A stretch of DNA of 26,049 nt from Bdellovibrionia bacterium (GCA_045805065.1 JBJMMA010000037.1:1-26049), one strand, 5' to 3'; positions 7,869-17,198 are shown, counted from the first letter of the stretch. Notes: generated by a model from the letters alone, not told the origin. Numbers and translations are program-made.

Positions 7869-8579
7869 TTAAAAACCCGGATAAGGATTGGAGAGAGTTC
7901 TATTTTCGTCGATCGTCCAGGCATCAAATGCTTTTGGACCATGTGGGTCTGCGCGCAAGGCCGAAGACAGAGGCGATGTCCAATAATTGGGAGCGTTTAC
8001 CGGAAAAATACAGCCTATCGCAGTTAACAGGAACGTGTTTTGCGTCACATTCGTCTCGATTCCCGTTCCACCATAGGAGGGTCCGATCAGCATGGACCAT
8101 GCGGTATGAGTACCTCTGTCAGCCGTAACGGACGAATCGTACATTATATCCGAATAAGACAATACATGGGGCCATGAGGCATTGATCGGGCCGTAATTAC
8201 AGCAATCTGAATTCGGCGTATTGCAGTCGGCTGAGTTCAAGTAGCGATATTTTCGGCAATCATTGCCGCCAGAGGGGCCACAAAGATTAGTTGGATGCGA
8301 GTAGGAAGTTGCGCCTACCATATAGAATCTGTTCTGAGTGTCGGGCACATATCCCGCCTGCCTCAGACAGTAGGTATAGCTTCCGGATTCCACCGAAAAA
8401 GCTCTCTCGGCCGTATACATGGCAGAAAGCGCCACTTTTGCCTCAGCTTGACGCGCCTTTGCCGTGAAGTGAGTGTAGTTCGGAATTGCAATGGCGGAGA
8501 GCACTCCCACCAAGGCAACCACGACCATCAGCTCAACGAGCGTAAATCCAGAGTTATCGCGTCTAATATACTTTCTCAT
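7869..8579 (-). CDS. Type IVa pilin (PilA/PilE-like) with Cys-rich head
   Basis: Class III signal NSG|FTLVELMVVVALVGVLSAIAIPNY (E5), then AKARQAEAK..L..MYTAERAF; C-terminal DAWTIDENRTL. Confidence 0.92.
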   Translation of the reverse strand: MRKYIRRDNSGFTLVELMVVVALVGVLSAIAIPNYTHFTAKARQAEAKVALSAMYTAERAFSVESGSYTYCLRQAGYVPDTQNRFYMVGATSYSHPTNLCGPSGGNDCRKYRYLNSADCNTPNSDCCNYGPINASWPHVLSYSDIMYDSSVTADRGTHTAWSMLIGPSYGGTGIETNVTQNTFLLTAIGCIFPVNAPNYWTSPLSSALRADPHGPKAFDAWTIDENRTLSNPYPGF

Positions 8580-8622
8580 TCAGTGGATATCCACTGAAGA
8601 CTGTATAATGAAGAATGTATAA
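8579..8622. promoter_or_regulatory. Perfect 20-bp palindrome plus 2 x 14-bp tandem repeat directly upstream of the pilin start
   Basis: TTCAGTGGATATCCACTGAA (8579-8598); TGAAGACTGTATAA / TGAAGAATGTATAA (8595-8622). Confidence 0.6.
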
Positions 8623-8625
8623 GCG

Positions 8626-9420
8626 CTATTTAGAAATTACAATCTCCTCAGGGCAATTACCTTCGTCCTTGACCATCGTCCCGTCGTGGGATTTGCGAGG
8701 CTTCATTTTGGAGAGTGAATCCTCTGCCGGGAAATTCATGTATTTTTCCTTATCAAGCGCGATATGGATTTCGGACAGGTACGAGGTTCCCGTTTTCTTG
8801 TCATACCGGCAAGACACAACCACGGCGTCACGGACCCTGGGTCCCAGATCTTCTTCAAGAGCATCGAGGATATCGGTCCGGGTGACCGATTGACCTTCAT
8901 TATTGAAGATCAGGTCATTGATGGACTCAAGCTTCCAGAATTTAAAAGTCAGCAGCGATGCGTTCGCGAAGTAATCGTCCGCACTGAGTCCCGAGCAGCT
9001 TCCATGAGCGTACCACTCATGATTATAGAGACAAGACTGCACGCCAGGCATCGCCATCGTCAGTTTCTCGTAGATTTCATCCTTGATCTGCGATTTCACA
9101 TCAATCTCAGGCGTACACCAATTGGATCCCACCTGCTTTTCCGAAAGATCGCAGTATCCATACTGATTTCTCGGATCATCATTGCGATTTGGCCAGAGCC
9201 CATGAAGACCCATTCCATCAAGGATGTCCTCCGACTGACACTCTGTCTTGTTCGGATGAGACAGGCAGAAATCCCGCTGATAGCTTACGGCAAAGACGTA
9301 GTTATCAAACTCTCCGCGGACCACTTCAATGCGAGGCGCTTTTGAGCGAGCCATTCCATCCGAGGCTCCAGCGATTGCGACCGATACGATTGCTAAAACG
9401 AAAGCGATATTCTTTTTCAC
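8626..9420 (-). CDS. Secreted ribonuclease T2 family (RNase I-like)
   Basis: CAS I LHGLWP, CAS II HEWYAHGSC, YVFAVSYQRDFC. GTG 9420 with AGAGGAG SD gives signal peptide MKKNIAFVLAIVSVAIAGA. Confidence 0.92.
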   Translation of the reverse strand: MKKNIAFVLAIVSVAIAGASDGMARSKAPRIEVVRGEFDNYVFAVSYQRDFCLSHPNKTECQSEDILDGMGLHGLWPNRNDDPRNQYGYCDLSEKQVGSNWCTPEIDVKSQIKDEIYEKLTMAMPGVQSCLYNHEWYAHGSCSGLSADDYFANASLLTFKFWKLESINDLIFNNEGQSVTRTDILDALEEDLGPRVRDAVVVSCRYDKKTGTSYLSEIHIALDKEKYMNFPAEDSLSKMKPRKSHDGTMVKDEGNCPEEIVISK

Positions 9421-9624
9421 AGATACTCCTCTGCCAATAAACAACGGATCAGCAGAAGAGCAAAGGGCGGTCCAAGTCAGGGAATTCATGCAGGCACATC
9501 AAGCCCGCTCTAAGTCTGCACAAAGTCTAGGGCAAAATCGCCCCAGGTTTCGTGAATGAATCGTGTCCGATAGAAACCCTGACCGCATTCCACCCAACTG
9601 TCTAAAATATAGTCAGGGTCGCCG

Positions 9625-10017
9625 TCACTTGAGTTGCTGAAGAAGATCGGCCAGTTTCTCCATGGTGGGCACCATCGGATGGATATCATCGCGCCAGGCT
9701 TGCAGGACCTGCCTTACTTCCTCTAATCGATCAGCCCCATCGCGAGTGAGAGAAAGTATTTTCTTTCGGGAATCTTTCGGGTCTTTTCCAATGAAAATGA
9801 ATTTCTTTCTCTCAAGACGCTTCAACGCCTGAGTGAGAGTACTTGGATGAACACCCACGGCTGCGGCTAAATCTTGAGCCGTGCTTGCGGGCAGATCCTT
9901 GAGTCGAATCAGAACAGACCATTGCGCCAGCGACACTCCGGTCTTCTCTTCCATGCGCTGGCCCATACGCTCGATTTCCATGCCGAGACGAAAAGCAATC
10001 TGCAGTGGCGCTTTCAT
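9625..10017 (-). CDS. MarR-family transcriptional regulator
   Basis: SLAQWSVL, DLAAAVGVHPSTLTQALKRLERKKFI, DSRKKILSLT; ATGA overlap with otsB. Confidence 0.92.
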   Translation of the reverse strand: MKAPLQIAFRLGMEIERMGQRMEEKTGVSLAQWSVLIRLKDLPASTAQDLAAAVGVHPSTLTQALKRLERKKFIFIGKDPKDSRKKILSLTRDGADRLEEVRQVLQAWRDDIHPMVPTMEKLADLLQQLK

Positions 10018-10790
10018 GACTGAATTCCGTGAAATTTGAGGAGATAACGCAAAAGGCGATTCATCTCATTCTGGCGGCGAATATAGAATTGCGCCTGGGA
10101 GTCTTTCCGAACTCCTACATTCACGGTCAGCACCCTATGATCACGCATGTTGAAAACGTCCTCATCCGTATAATCGTCTCCAACATAAAACCCAAAGCTC
10201 GCGCCATGGAATGACATGATCTTGGAGAAGGCCATTCCCTTGTGTGGGCCGCCTGCCGGAACGACATTAAAGACGAGTTTACCAGGAACGACTTTTGGAT
10301 TTCCATCTAAACTTTCGATGGCCTTCAAGATCAGGTCGCGGGAGCGCTTCTTATGTCTTGAACTCCGGAAATGAAGCGCAAGCGAGTACTCCTTGTCTTC
10401 CAGGGAGATCCCGGACAAGGCATCCTGGTCTTGCCCTGCTGGCTTGAGGCGCTCAAGAAGGGCCCCCTTCCACCTCTGACAGAGCCCAAGACAGTCGACG
10501 GAATGATCCGCCCAAGGAATCCCTTCAAGCCCATGATTGCCGATCAGATACTTGACCTCAGATGGGACCCTTGGACGCAAGTCTGAAAGACTTCTTCCTG
10601 AAATGACGGCCGTGGAAACTTTTTCTGCAAAACGCCTGAGCAATGATTCCGTCTGAGCCGACATGCGCGCTGCAAGCGGCTCATCCACTATCGGCGCCAG
10701 CGTCCCATCAAAATCAAACGCATAGAGTGTATCCGTAAAGCTTAGTGACTCCAGAACCCGCAAGCTTGCAGATGAGAACAGAAAGTTCAC
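10014..10790 (-). CDS. otsB: Trehalose-6-phosphate phosphatase
   Basis: HAD motifs FDFDGTLAPIV, ISGR, GNHG, HKG, VGDDYTDED. Confidence 0.95.
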   Translation of the reverse strand: MNFLFSSASLRVLESLSFTDTLYAFDFDGTLAPIVDEPLAARMSAQTESLLRRFAEKVSTAVISGRSLSDLRPRVPSEVKYLIGNHGLEGIPWADHSVDCLGLCQRWKGALLERLKPAGQDQDALSGISLEDKEYSLALHFRSSRHKKRSRDLILKAIESLDGNPKVVPGKLVFNVVPAGGPHKGMAFSKIMSFHGASFGFYVGDDYTDEDVFNMRDHRVLTVNVGVRKDSQAQFYIRRQNEMNRLLRYLLKFHGIQS

Positions 10791-12997
10791 CGGACACTCT
10801 CCCGTAACTTTCCAAAAAGTCTGTTTCTTTGTCGGATCCTCGCAGCGTCAATGAGCATTCGCCCTGCCCAACGATAGACGTTAAACTCCTGAACGAGTCC
10901 CCGCATGCTTCGCATTCGCTCCCGCTGCTCGGAGGCAGACATCATCAAGGCGGCATGAAGCGCCTGAGCGGATTGATCAAAATCATAAGGATTAATGATC
11001 AGGGCCTCAGGCAGCTCGCGCGAAGCCCCAGTAAATTGACTCAAAAGAAGCACCCCGCGCTCATCATCCCGTGATGAGATGAACTCCTTGGCAACGAGAT
11101 TCATTCCGTCATGAAGACTGCTGACAAAACACAGATCGCTCCCGCGAAAATACTCGAAAACCAGTTCGGGTGAATGATGCTCGACCTTGAGGATGATAGG
11201 CTGATACCCATCGCGCGAAAATCTCCGATTGATCCGTCCTGCAGTAGCGCGCACCTGACTCTCGAAACTCTGATACTCGTTGATTGAGGTGCGACTTGGA
11301 GCCGCGATCTGAATAAAACTGAAACGACCCAGCCATTCCGGGTAAATCTCGAGAAGCCTTTCCACAGCATGGAATCTCTCCAGAATCCCTTTCGTGTAAT
11401 CCAGGCGATCCACCCCTATCCCAACCTTCACGGCTGCATCAATTCCATTGGCTTGCCGAACCATCCGCTGGCAATCCGGAACGGGCTTCAGGGCCTTCAT
11501 CCAGGCCGGAGGCCATTCAATAGAGATTGGATAAGAATTCACCTGCGTGATCTTTTTCCCAAAAGAGATGGTCGAAGTATCGCGATCAATCCTGCACTCC
11601 ATAAAACGATCCACGGCATCCAGGAAGTTATTGCAATGAAAGCGGGTATGAAAGCCCAGAATACTGCTTCCCAGCAGGCCTTCCAATATTTCCTCTCTCC
11701 AGGGGCAGATTCCAAAAGCTTCCGAATTTGGCCAAGGGATATGCCAAAATGTGATGATTGTCGCACGGGGCAGTCGCTCCCGGATCATCTTGGGAAGCAA
11801 GGCCAGGTGATAATCCTGAACGAGCACGACAGGATCCTCCGTCTTCGCTTCTTGAACGACCGCATCGGCGAACTTTTGATTGACCTCATGATAGTGCTGC
11901 CAATCCTGGCTGCGGAACACTGGACGCGTATGGGCGATATGGCAAAGTGGCCAGAGGCCTTCGTTGGAGAAGCCGTAGTAGTACCCCTCCTCCTGCTCCT
12001 TGGTGAGCCAGACGCGCCTGATCTGGTACGATGGGTGCTCTGGAGGAACCTGCACTCGGTCAAGATGATCGACAACCTCCCGATCCGCGCTCCCACTCCC
12101 ATGCGCGATCCAGGTCCCGGAGCATGCGCGCATGACAGGTTCAAGCGCTGTCACCAGACCACTTGCTGGAAACTGCACCTCGATCTGATCGCCCTTTTTG
12201 TTGTGAATATAAGGCTCGCGATTTGAGACGATCAGGATCTCGTCTCCCGCAAGCTCACGCTGAAGAATCTCCTTCAGCGCTTTCGGACTCCAGCTGATCT
12301 GGTGCTCATCCCGAACCTTGCGATCGCGCTCAAGATCGCGGATCAACGCACGCACATCCTTCATCAAGGGCTTGAGCTCGGGATATGCGCCAGGAGAGAT
12401 CGGTTTCACGAGACCTTCCCCTTTGAGCATCGCCCGAATCCCAGAAACCCATCCCTTCCAGCTGAGCTGAGCGACGAGGACTGTGATGAAGGAAACAACC
12501 CCTCCCAGCACGAGAAAAAGGTAAAAAATGTATTTCTTGGCGGTATCGCTTCGTCTTTCCACAAAGCTCATATCGTGTACCAGCACAAGGGAACCCAACC
12601 TCGAGCCAGGCCCGTCAAAAGGTTGAACCGAAACATGCACCGAGCCCTTTGGAAGTTCTACAATTTTGCCGGGACTCACGGGCTCCGGACATCCGATATT
12701 CTGAGGATAAGTTTGAGTCTGATAAGCGATCCTGCCGTCATTCCCGCAAAACGCCACTGCGAAGAGCCGCTCATCATTGATCAGGCGATCAAACATCACG
12801 CTGATTCGAGACCTGTCGCGCTTTTCAATGAGCGGAAAAAGCGGATCATGGATCGTATCGGCAATCAGCTGGGTTCTGATTTCAAGGTCTCGCATGGACC
12901 AATTGAGCATGAGCCTGCTGGCAAGCGGAACCGCTGCGTAAGCAATGGTGGCCAGAACCAAAATCAATGGAAGCAGGAATCGAAGTGTGAGTCTCAT
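10787..12997 (-). CDS. otsA: Trehalose-6-phosphate synthase (GT20) with N-terminal two-TM extracytoplasmic module
   Basis: VSNREP, SGLVTAL, VQDYHL, FWHIPWP, GVDRLDYTKGI, HDGMNLVAKE, LSQFTGA; about 245 extra N-terminal residues with two hydrophobic helices. Confidence 0.93.
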   Translation of the reverse strand: MRLTLRFLLPLILVLATIAYAAVPLASRLMLNWSMRDLEIRTQLIADTIHDPLFPLIEKRDRSRISVMFDRLINDERLFAVAFCGNDGRIAYQTQTYPQNIGCPEPVSPGKIVELPKGSVHVSVQPFDGPGSRLGSLVLVHDMSFVERRSDTAKKYIFYLFLVLGGVVSFITVLVAQLSWKGWVSGIRAMLKGEGLVKPISPGAYPELKPLMKDVRALIRDLERDRKVRDEHQISWSPKALKEILQRELAGDEILIVSNREPYIHNKKGDQIEVQFPASGLVTALEPVMRACSGTWIAHGSGSADREVVDHLDRVQVPPEHPSYQIRRVWLTKEQEEGYYYGFSNEGLWPLCHIAHTRPVFRSQDWQHYHEVNQKFADAVVQEAKTEDPVVLVQDYHLALLPKMIRERLPRATIITFWHIPWPNSEAFGICPWREEILEGLLGSSILGFHTRFHCNNFLDAVDRFMECRIDRDTSTISFGKKITQVNSYPISIEWPPAWMKALKPVPDCQRMVRQANGIDAAVKVGIGVDRLDYTKGILERFHAVERLLEIYPEWLGRFSFIQIAAPSRTSINEYQSFESQVRATAGRINRRFSRDGYQPIILKVEHHSPELVFEYFRGSDLCFVSSLHDGMNLVAKEFISSRDDERGVLLLSQFTGASRELPEALIINPYDFDQSAQALHAALMMSASEQRERMRSMRGLVQEFNVYRWAGRMLIDAARIRQRNRLFGKLRESVR

Positions 12998-13021
12998 AAC
13001 ATTTGCCTTAGAAACTTTGAT

Positions 13022-13050
13022 AGCATAGTATTTTCTGCAAACATGGGCAA
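13022..13050 (-). promoter_or_regulatory. Candidate sigma70 promoter for otsA-otsB-marR
   Basis: Minus strand TTGCCC-N17-TATGCT. Confidence 0.4.
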
Positions 13051-13098
13051 GGTCTAAACTATTTCACTAAATCCCTTTGGCAATTTAAAAAATAGCCA

Positions 13099-13107
13099 TG
13101 GTATAAT
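13099..13107 (+). promoter_or_regulatory. Extended -10 element for the pilin-like pair
   Basis: TGGTATAAT = TGnTATAAT perfect match in an AT-rich spacer. Confidence 0.55.
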
Positions 13108-13113
13108 TATCCT

Positions 13114-13797
13114 ATGCCGCAGCTTGATTTGCTCCGAGTTTCACATAAACGCATAAGCCTGCGTTTTTCTTCTGCCATGCGATTTCAGGCAGTATCCGGT
13201 CAGGCCATATCCGGTCAGGAAGGATCCGGACTTATTTTAATCCTGGTGCTACTATCCATTGCATCGATCACGATGATGGGGGCAATGACGATCGGTGGCG
13301 TGCAACAGAAGACGCGCACTCAGAGCATACTGCCCTACCATGTTCAGCTGATGCGGGGAAATATCGCCAATATCCTCCGGCGCCCGCTCAACTGGTCTCA
13401 GACTGCTAGTGATTCTGGCAATCCTTCCATGGCTTGCATCAGCGGCAGCTCAACGTGCCCAACCGCAACACCTCAGCCGATCTACGTCATTAAAACCGCT
13501 GCTGACACCGGAACGTCTTATACCTACAAAGTGGGCGGCACGAATGGAATCACGCCCTCCGGACAAGCGTGCGTTGGTTATCCATCCGAAACCTGTCCTA
13601 TCAGCTTTGACGTGCGCTGGACCTGCGATGCCAACTGCGCCAATCCTGCGACCCGCACCTTCAGCGTATCGGTGACCCCGGCATACAATCCCGCGGTCGG
13701 CACCGGCACTTCCAAAACTCTGATCGCGTTTGATGCCAGCAAATATGTCATCAACTTTCCTCTGAGCAGCACAACGTCCTACTTTTATAAACCTTGA
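13114..13797 (+). CDS. Pilin-like protein (PilX/GspK-type, no Glu5), Cys-rich
   Basis: QEG|SGLILILVLLSIASITMMGAM hydrophobic helix; Cys-rich C-terminal domain similar to the next gene. Start may be ATG 13177. Confidence 0.7.
   Translation: MPQLDLLRVSHKRISLRFSSAMRFQAVSGQAISGQEGSGLILILVLLSIASITMMGAMTIGGVQQKTRTQSILPYHVQLMRGNIANILRRPLNWSQTASDSGNPSMACISGSSTCPTATPQPIYVIKTAADTGTSYTYKVGGTNGITPSGQACVGYPSETCPISFDVRWTCDANCANPATRTFSVSVTPAYNPAVGTGTSKTLIAFDASKYVINFPLSSTTSYFYKP
13186..13230 (+). repeat. 3 x 15-bp degenerate tandem repeat (QAVSG-QAISG-QEGSG)
   Basis: CAGGCAGTATCCGGT CAGGCCATATCCGGT CAGGAAGGATCCGGA. Confidence 0.8.
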
Positions 13798-13811
13798 GAG
13801 ATGAAAATTCC

Positions 13812-14399
13812 ATGAGACAAGCAAAACACCTTGTTCAATCCCAGTCTGGCATGACTCTCATCGAAGTGATGATCTCGGTTGCGATCTCTGCGATCGTGAT
13901 TCTTGCATCTATTTCCATCGGAAACATGACCAGCAATCTTCAGAGTCAAAACAACTTCAGCTTTCAAGCTGATTTGATCCGCAGAAATATCGCGTCTTTG
14001 GTTTTGAGCGAATCGGCCTGGCAAAACACGATTTCACACGACTCAAGCATGAGCTGCCTGGCCACAGGAGCATCTTCGCCCTGCACTCCGCATAACTCAA
14101 CCCGGACCTTGACGACCCTTTACGATGGAGCCAATCAGCCCGTCTTTTACGTCAATACATCCGCCGGACAAGGATTCAATACGGATGGGACTCGTTGCAC
14201 GTCGACAAGCCCGCTTTGCCCACTGACCTACAAAGTCGAATGGACGCCCATGTGCCAGAGCGGCGGTCCCGGCTGCATGAACCCACAAGTCAGAGTCAAT
14301 ATCACGGCGACTTATACGCCTCCCTCAGGCGCAGCAGCTGCTAACAAAAGCCAGATGGTTTTTAACGAAGCGAACTACAGCGCGACAATTTATCGCTAA
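13812..14399 (+). CDS. Prepilin-type N-terminal methylation domain protein (minor pilin)
   Basis: QSG|MTLIEVMISVAISAIVILASI; six Cys in the head domain. The ORF extends to TTG 13794. Confidence 0.88.
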   Translation: MRQAKHLVQSQSGMTLIEVMISVAISAIVILASISIGNMTSNLQSQNNFSFQADLIRRNIASLVLSESAWQNTISHDSSMSCLATGASSPCTPHNSTRTLTTLYDGANQPVFYVNTSAGQGFNTDGTRCTSTSPLCPLTYKVEWTPMCQSGGPGCMNPQVRVNITATYTPPSGAAAANKSQMVFNEANYSATIYR

Positions 14400-14501
14400 G
14401 GGCTATCGCTCGAATCATTCTCTCAACAGAAACAGGGCGTCATAAAAGAAATCCATCCCTTTTCCTTTGATCATTCATTTCAAATCCAATAGCAAAGAGC
14501 C

Positions 14502-17195
14502 ATGACTGCAACTCGTACCTTTCACCTCGGTCAATGCTGGATGAGCGAAACAGAGCCAGAGCTCGGAATCGGATTCATCCGGGGTGAAGACGCAAGTGGG
14601 GTCACGATTGAATTTCCACTGAGCTCGGAGACCCGCCGCTATAATAAGCGCACAGCACCTCTAAGACGCCTTGAGTTTCGTGTCGGCGACTCCGTGCAGG
14701 CTGCATCAGGCGAGCGGCTGACGATTGAGTCCATCGAGACTCGGGATGGGATTCTTTGGTATCTGGGTCAAGGACAGGAACTTTGCGAATCGGCTCTCTC
14801 TCCAAGCCTCAAGCTTCAGCGCCCGATGGAGCGTTTTCTGGCCGGACATTGGGATACGCTTGCGACTTACGATCTTCGAAGAACCACTTTAAATCTTCGG
14901 AATCACCAGGCCGAATCCAAAGTCCGCGGCCTTCTGGGCCCGCGCGTACAGCTCCTGCCGCATCAGATTTATGTCACCAACGAAGTTTCAAGCCGCGGCC
15001 TTCCCCGTGCGCTTCTTGCTGACGAAGTGGGCCTGGGCAAGACGATCGAAGCAGGCTGGATGATGCATCGACTGCTTGTCACCGGCCGCGCCCGCCGAAT
15101 CCTGATCATCACCCCAGCCGGACTTGTGAACCAGTGGTTCATTGAGCTTTTCAAAAAGTTCAATCTCTCGTTCTGGGTCCCGGAATCCCAGGCCGAAGAA
15201 GAAATCGAAGCCGAAGATCTTGCGACCGAAGAGCGAGTCATTCTCAGCATGGAGTCCCTCTCGCTTCTCGCTTTGCGAGGCATTTTTGATGCAAGCCAAT
15301 GGGACATGATTGTCGTCGATGAGGCGCACCGAATCTCGCAGACGCAAGACGGCGAATACGAGATCCTGAAAAGTCTTGCCGAAAAGTCCCCGGGACTCCT
15401 TCTTTTAACCGCAACCCCGGAGCAGCTTGGAATTGAAGGCCACTTCGCGCGCCTTCACCTGATTGATCCCACGCGCTTTGACTCTTTTGAGCGTTTTGTC
15501 TCGGATCACAAAACCTATCAGGAGATCGTTGGCCTTGCCGACTCCCTGCTCTCAGGAAAAGCGCTATCTGCGGCAGACAAAAAGAAACTCGAAAAGCGCC
15601 TCGAAGGGAAAGGCGATCCCCAAACCCATCGTGAGATCATCAACACTCTCATTGATTATTACGGAACCGGGCGCGTTTACTTCAGAAACTCGCGACAAGT
15701 CGTTGAGCTTGAGCATTGCTTCTTCCCGAAACGTCATCTCAAACGCTACCCGCTGAACCGCGCCAAGGGTGAAAAGAAAAACGATGTCCTGCTCAGATGG
15801 CTGGGAGAATTTGGACGCGAGCATAAGAAAGAAAAGACCCTTTTGATCTGCTCATCCTCCGCTCAAGTCATTGATTGGGAGAAAAGACTTCGCGAAGAGT
15901 ACGCACTCAAAGTCGTCGCTTTTCACGAGGCACTTCCGCTTCTCGCTCGGGATCGTAACGCCGCCTATTTTGAGGATCCGGATGGCGCAGCGATTCTTCT
16001 CTCCTCTGAGATTGGCGGAGAAGGTCGCAATTTTCAGCATGCCACGCATCTCATCTTGCCAGACCTCCCTGCAGACCCCGATGTTCTGGAGCAGCGGATC
16101 GGGCGCCTGGATCGCATCGGGCAGGCCAGCGATATCGAGATTCATGTTCCCTATGAGATCGGAAGCGCCGAAGAAAAACTCATCGCCTGGCACGAAGAGG
16201 TCTTCCAATCCTTTGATGCCCCTCCCAAAGGCGCAGGCCCGGTATTCGAAAAATATAAAGAAGAGCTCGCAAGCGCAACGGACGAAACTTTCCCTGCGCT
16301 CATCCAGAAAGCTCAGGCCGATTTTGAGAGAACGCGCGCGGAGATTGAGAAAGGCCGCGATCGGCTGATCGAGATCCATTCTTTTGATCCGGAAAAGGCC
16401 GAAAAAAAGCTGAAAGAGATTCAGGCCGCAGAAAAGCCCGAGGAACTCAGAGAGTATCTGGAGCGCGTGTTTGATACCCTGGGAATTCATTCCGAGGATC
16501 TTGATTCGGATTCACTCTTTGTTGAGCCTGGCGACAGCATGTATGTCAGCTACTTCCCTGCACTTCCACCTGAAGGACTCAGGATGACTTTTTCGCGCGA
16601 GCGCTCGCTTGCGAGAAACGATCTGACGCTCATGAGCTGGGATCATCCCATGGCGACTGAAACGATGGAGACCATCGCCACTCAGGAAATGGGAAATGTC
16701 GCGATCGCAAGCTGGAAGCGCTCGCAGCTTCTGATTGATTGCACACTGATTTTGGAACCCGTTGCAACGGACTCAAAATGGTATGCCGATGAGTTTTTCC
16801 CGGCTCGCGCCATTCGTCTCGCTTTTGATGGCACAGGGGCGGATCAGAGCTCTGATTGGCCCTGGGAGAATTTGAAAAAGGAGATCACAGCTCCTACCCA
16901 GGACGCCACACGGCTGGCTCGCCAGATTCCAGGGAACAAACTGAGGACTCTACTTCGCAAAGCGCTGAATGACACAGAGCCTCAAGCTGAGGCCATGAAA
17001 AAACAGGCTATCGATCAAATGAGCCGGCAAATCCGCTTTGAACTCGACCGACTCAAGGCTCTTCAAAGCAAAAATGGGCTGGTCAGTGAGAGTGAAATCC
17101 AGTGGTGGTCTCAAAGAAAAGAAGAGCTTGAAAAAGCTTACCAAGGTGCTCGCCTTCGGCTGGACTCGTTTCTATTAGTGATTCCATCTCGCTGA
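14502..17195 (+). CDS. rapA: RNA polymerase-associated SNF2 ATPase RapA/HepA
   Basis: GQCWMSETEPELGIG, LLADEVGLGKTIEAG, DEAH, LLLTATPEQLG, EIGGEGRNFQ, LEQRIGRLDRIGQ, SWDHPM, LRLDS. Confidence 0.95.
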   Translation: MTATRTFHLGQCWMSETEPELGIGFIRGEDASGVTIEFPLSSETRRYNKRTAPLRRLEFRVGDSVQAASGERLTIESIETRDGILWYLGQGQELCESALSPSLKLQRPMERFLAGHWDTLATYDLRRTTLNLRNHQAESKVRGLLGPRVQLLPHQIYVTNEVSSRGLPRALLADEVGLGKTIEAGWMMHRLLVTGRARRILIITPAGLVNQWFIELFKKFNLSFWVPESQAEEEIEAEDLATEERVILSMESLSLLALRGIFDASQWDMIVVDEAHRISQTQDGEYEILKSLAEKSPGLLLLTATPEQLGIEGHFARLHLIDPTRFDSFERFVSDHKTYQEIVGLADSLLSGKALSAADKKKLEKRLEGKGDPQTHREIINTLIDYYGTGRVYFRNSRQVVELEHCFFPKRHLKRYPLNRAKGEKKNDVLLRWLGEFGREHKKEKTLLICSSSAQVIDWEKRLREEYALKVVAFHEALPLLARDRNAAYFEDPDGAAILLSSEIGGEGRNFQHATHLILPDLPADPDVLEQRIGRLDRIGQASDIEIHVPYEIGSAEEKLIAWHEEVFQSFDAPPKGAGPVFEKYKEELASATDETFPALIQKAQADFERTRAEIEKGRDRLIEIHSFDPEKAEKKLKEIQAAEKPEELREYLERVFDTLGIHSEDLDSDSLFVEPGDSMYVSYFPALPPEGLRMTFSRERSLARNDLTLMSWDHPMATETMETIATQEMGNVAIASWKRSQLLIDCTLILEPVATDSKWYADEFFPARAIRLAFDGTGADQSSDWPWENLKKEITAPTQDATRLARQIPGNKLRTLLRKALNDTEPQAEAMKKQAIDQMSRQIRFELDRLKALQSKNGLVSESEIQWWSQRKEELEKAYQGARLRLDSFLLVIPSR

Positions 17196-17198
17196 AAT

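Noticed and set aside
9576..9619. ACCCTGAC/GTCAGGGT inverted repeat after marR
   Set aside because: 8-bp arms with a 28-nt spacer and no clear U tract; too weak to call a terminator, operator or IS end.
7118..9624. Minus-strand genes separated by palindromes as an integron cassette array
   Set aside because: No RYYYAAC...GTTRRRY attC boxes recognised, the palindromes are unrelated to each other, and there is no integrase.
11369..13057. Long + strand ORFs (285 aa, 251 aa) and similar ones at 8764-9345, 15852-16490, 18767-19489, 20558-21343
   Set aside because: Antisense shadows of well-supported genes, with no motifs.
14502..17195. SNF2 helicase as a phage-defence component (DISARM/BREX-like)
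   Set aside because: N- and C-terminal signatures match housekeeping RapA, and no methylase or nuclease partners are adjacent.
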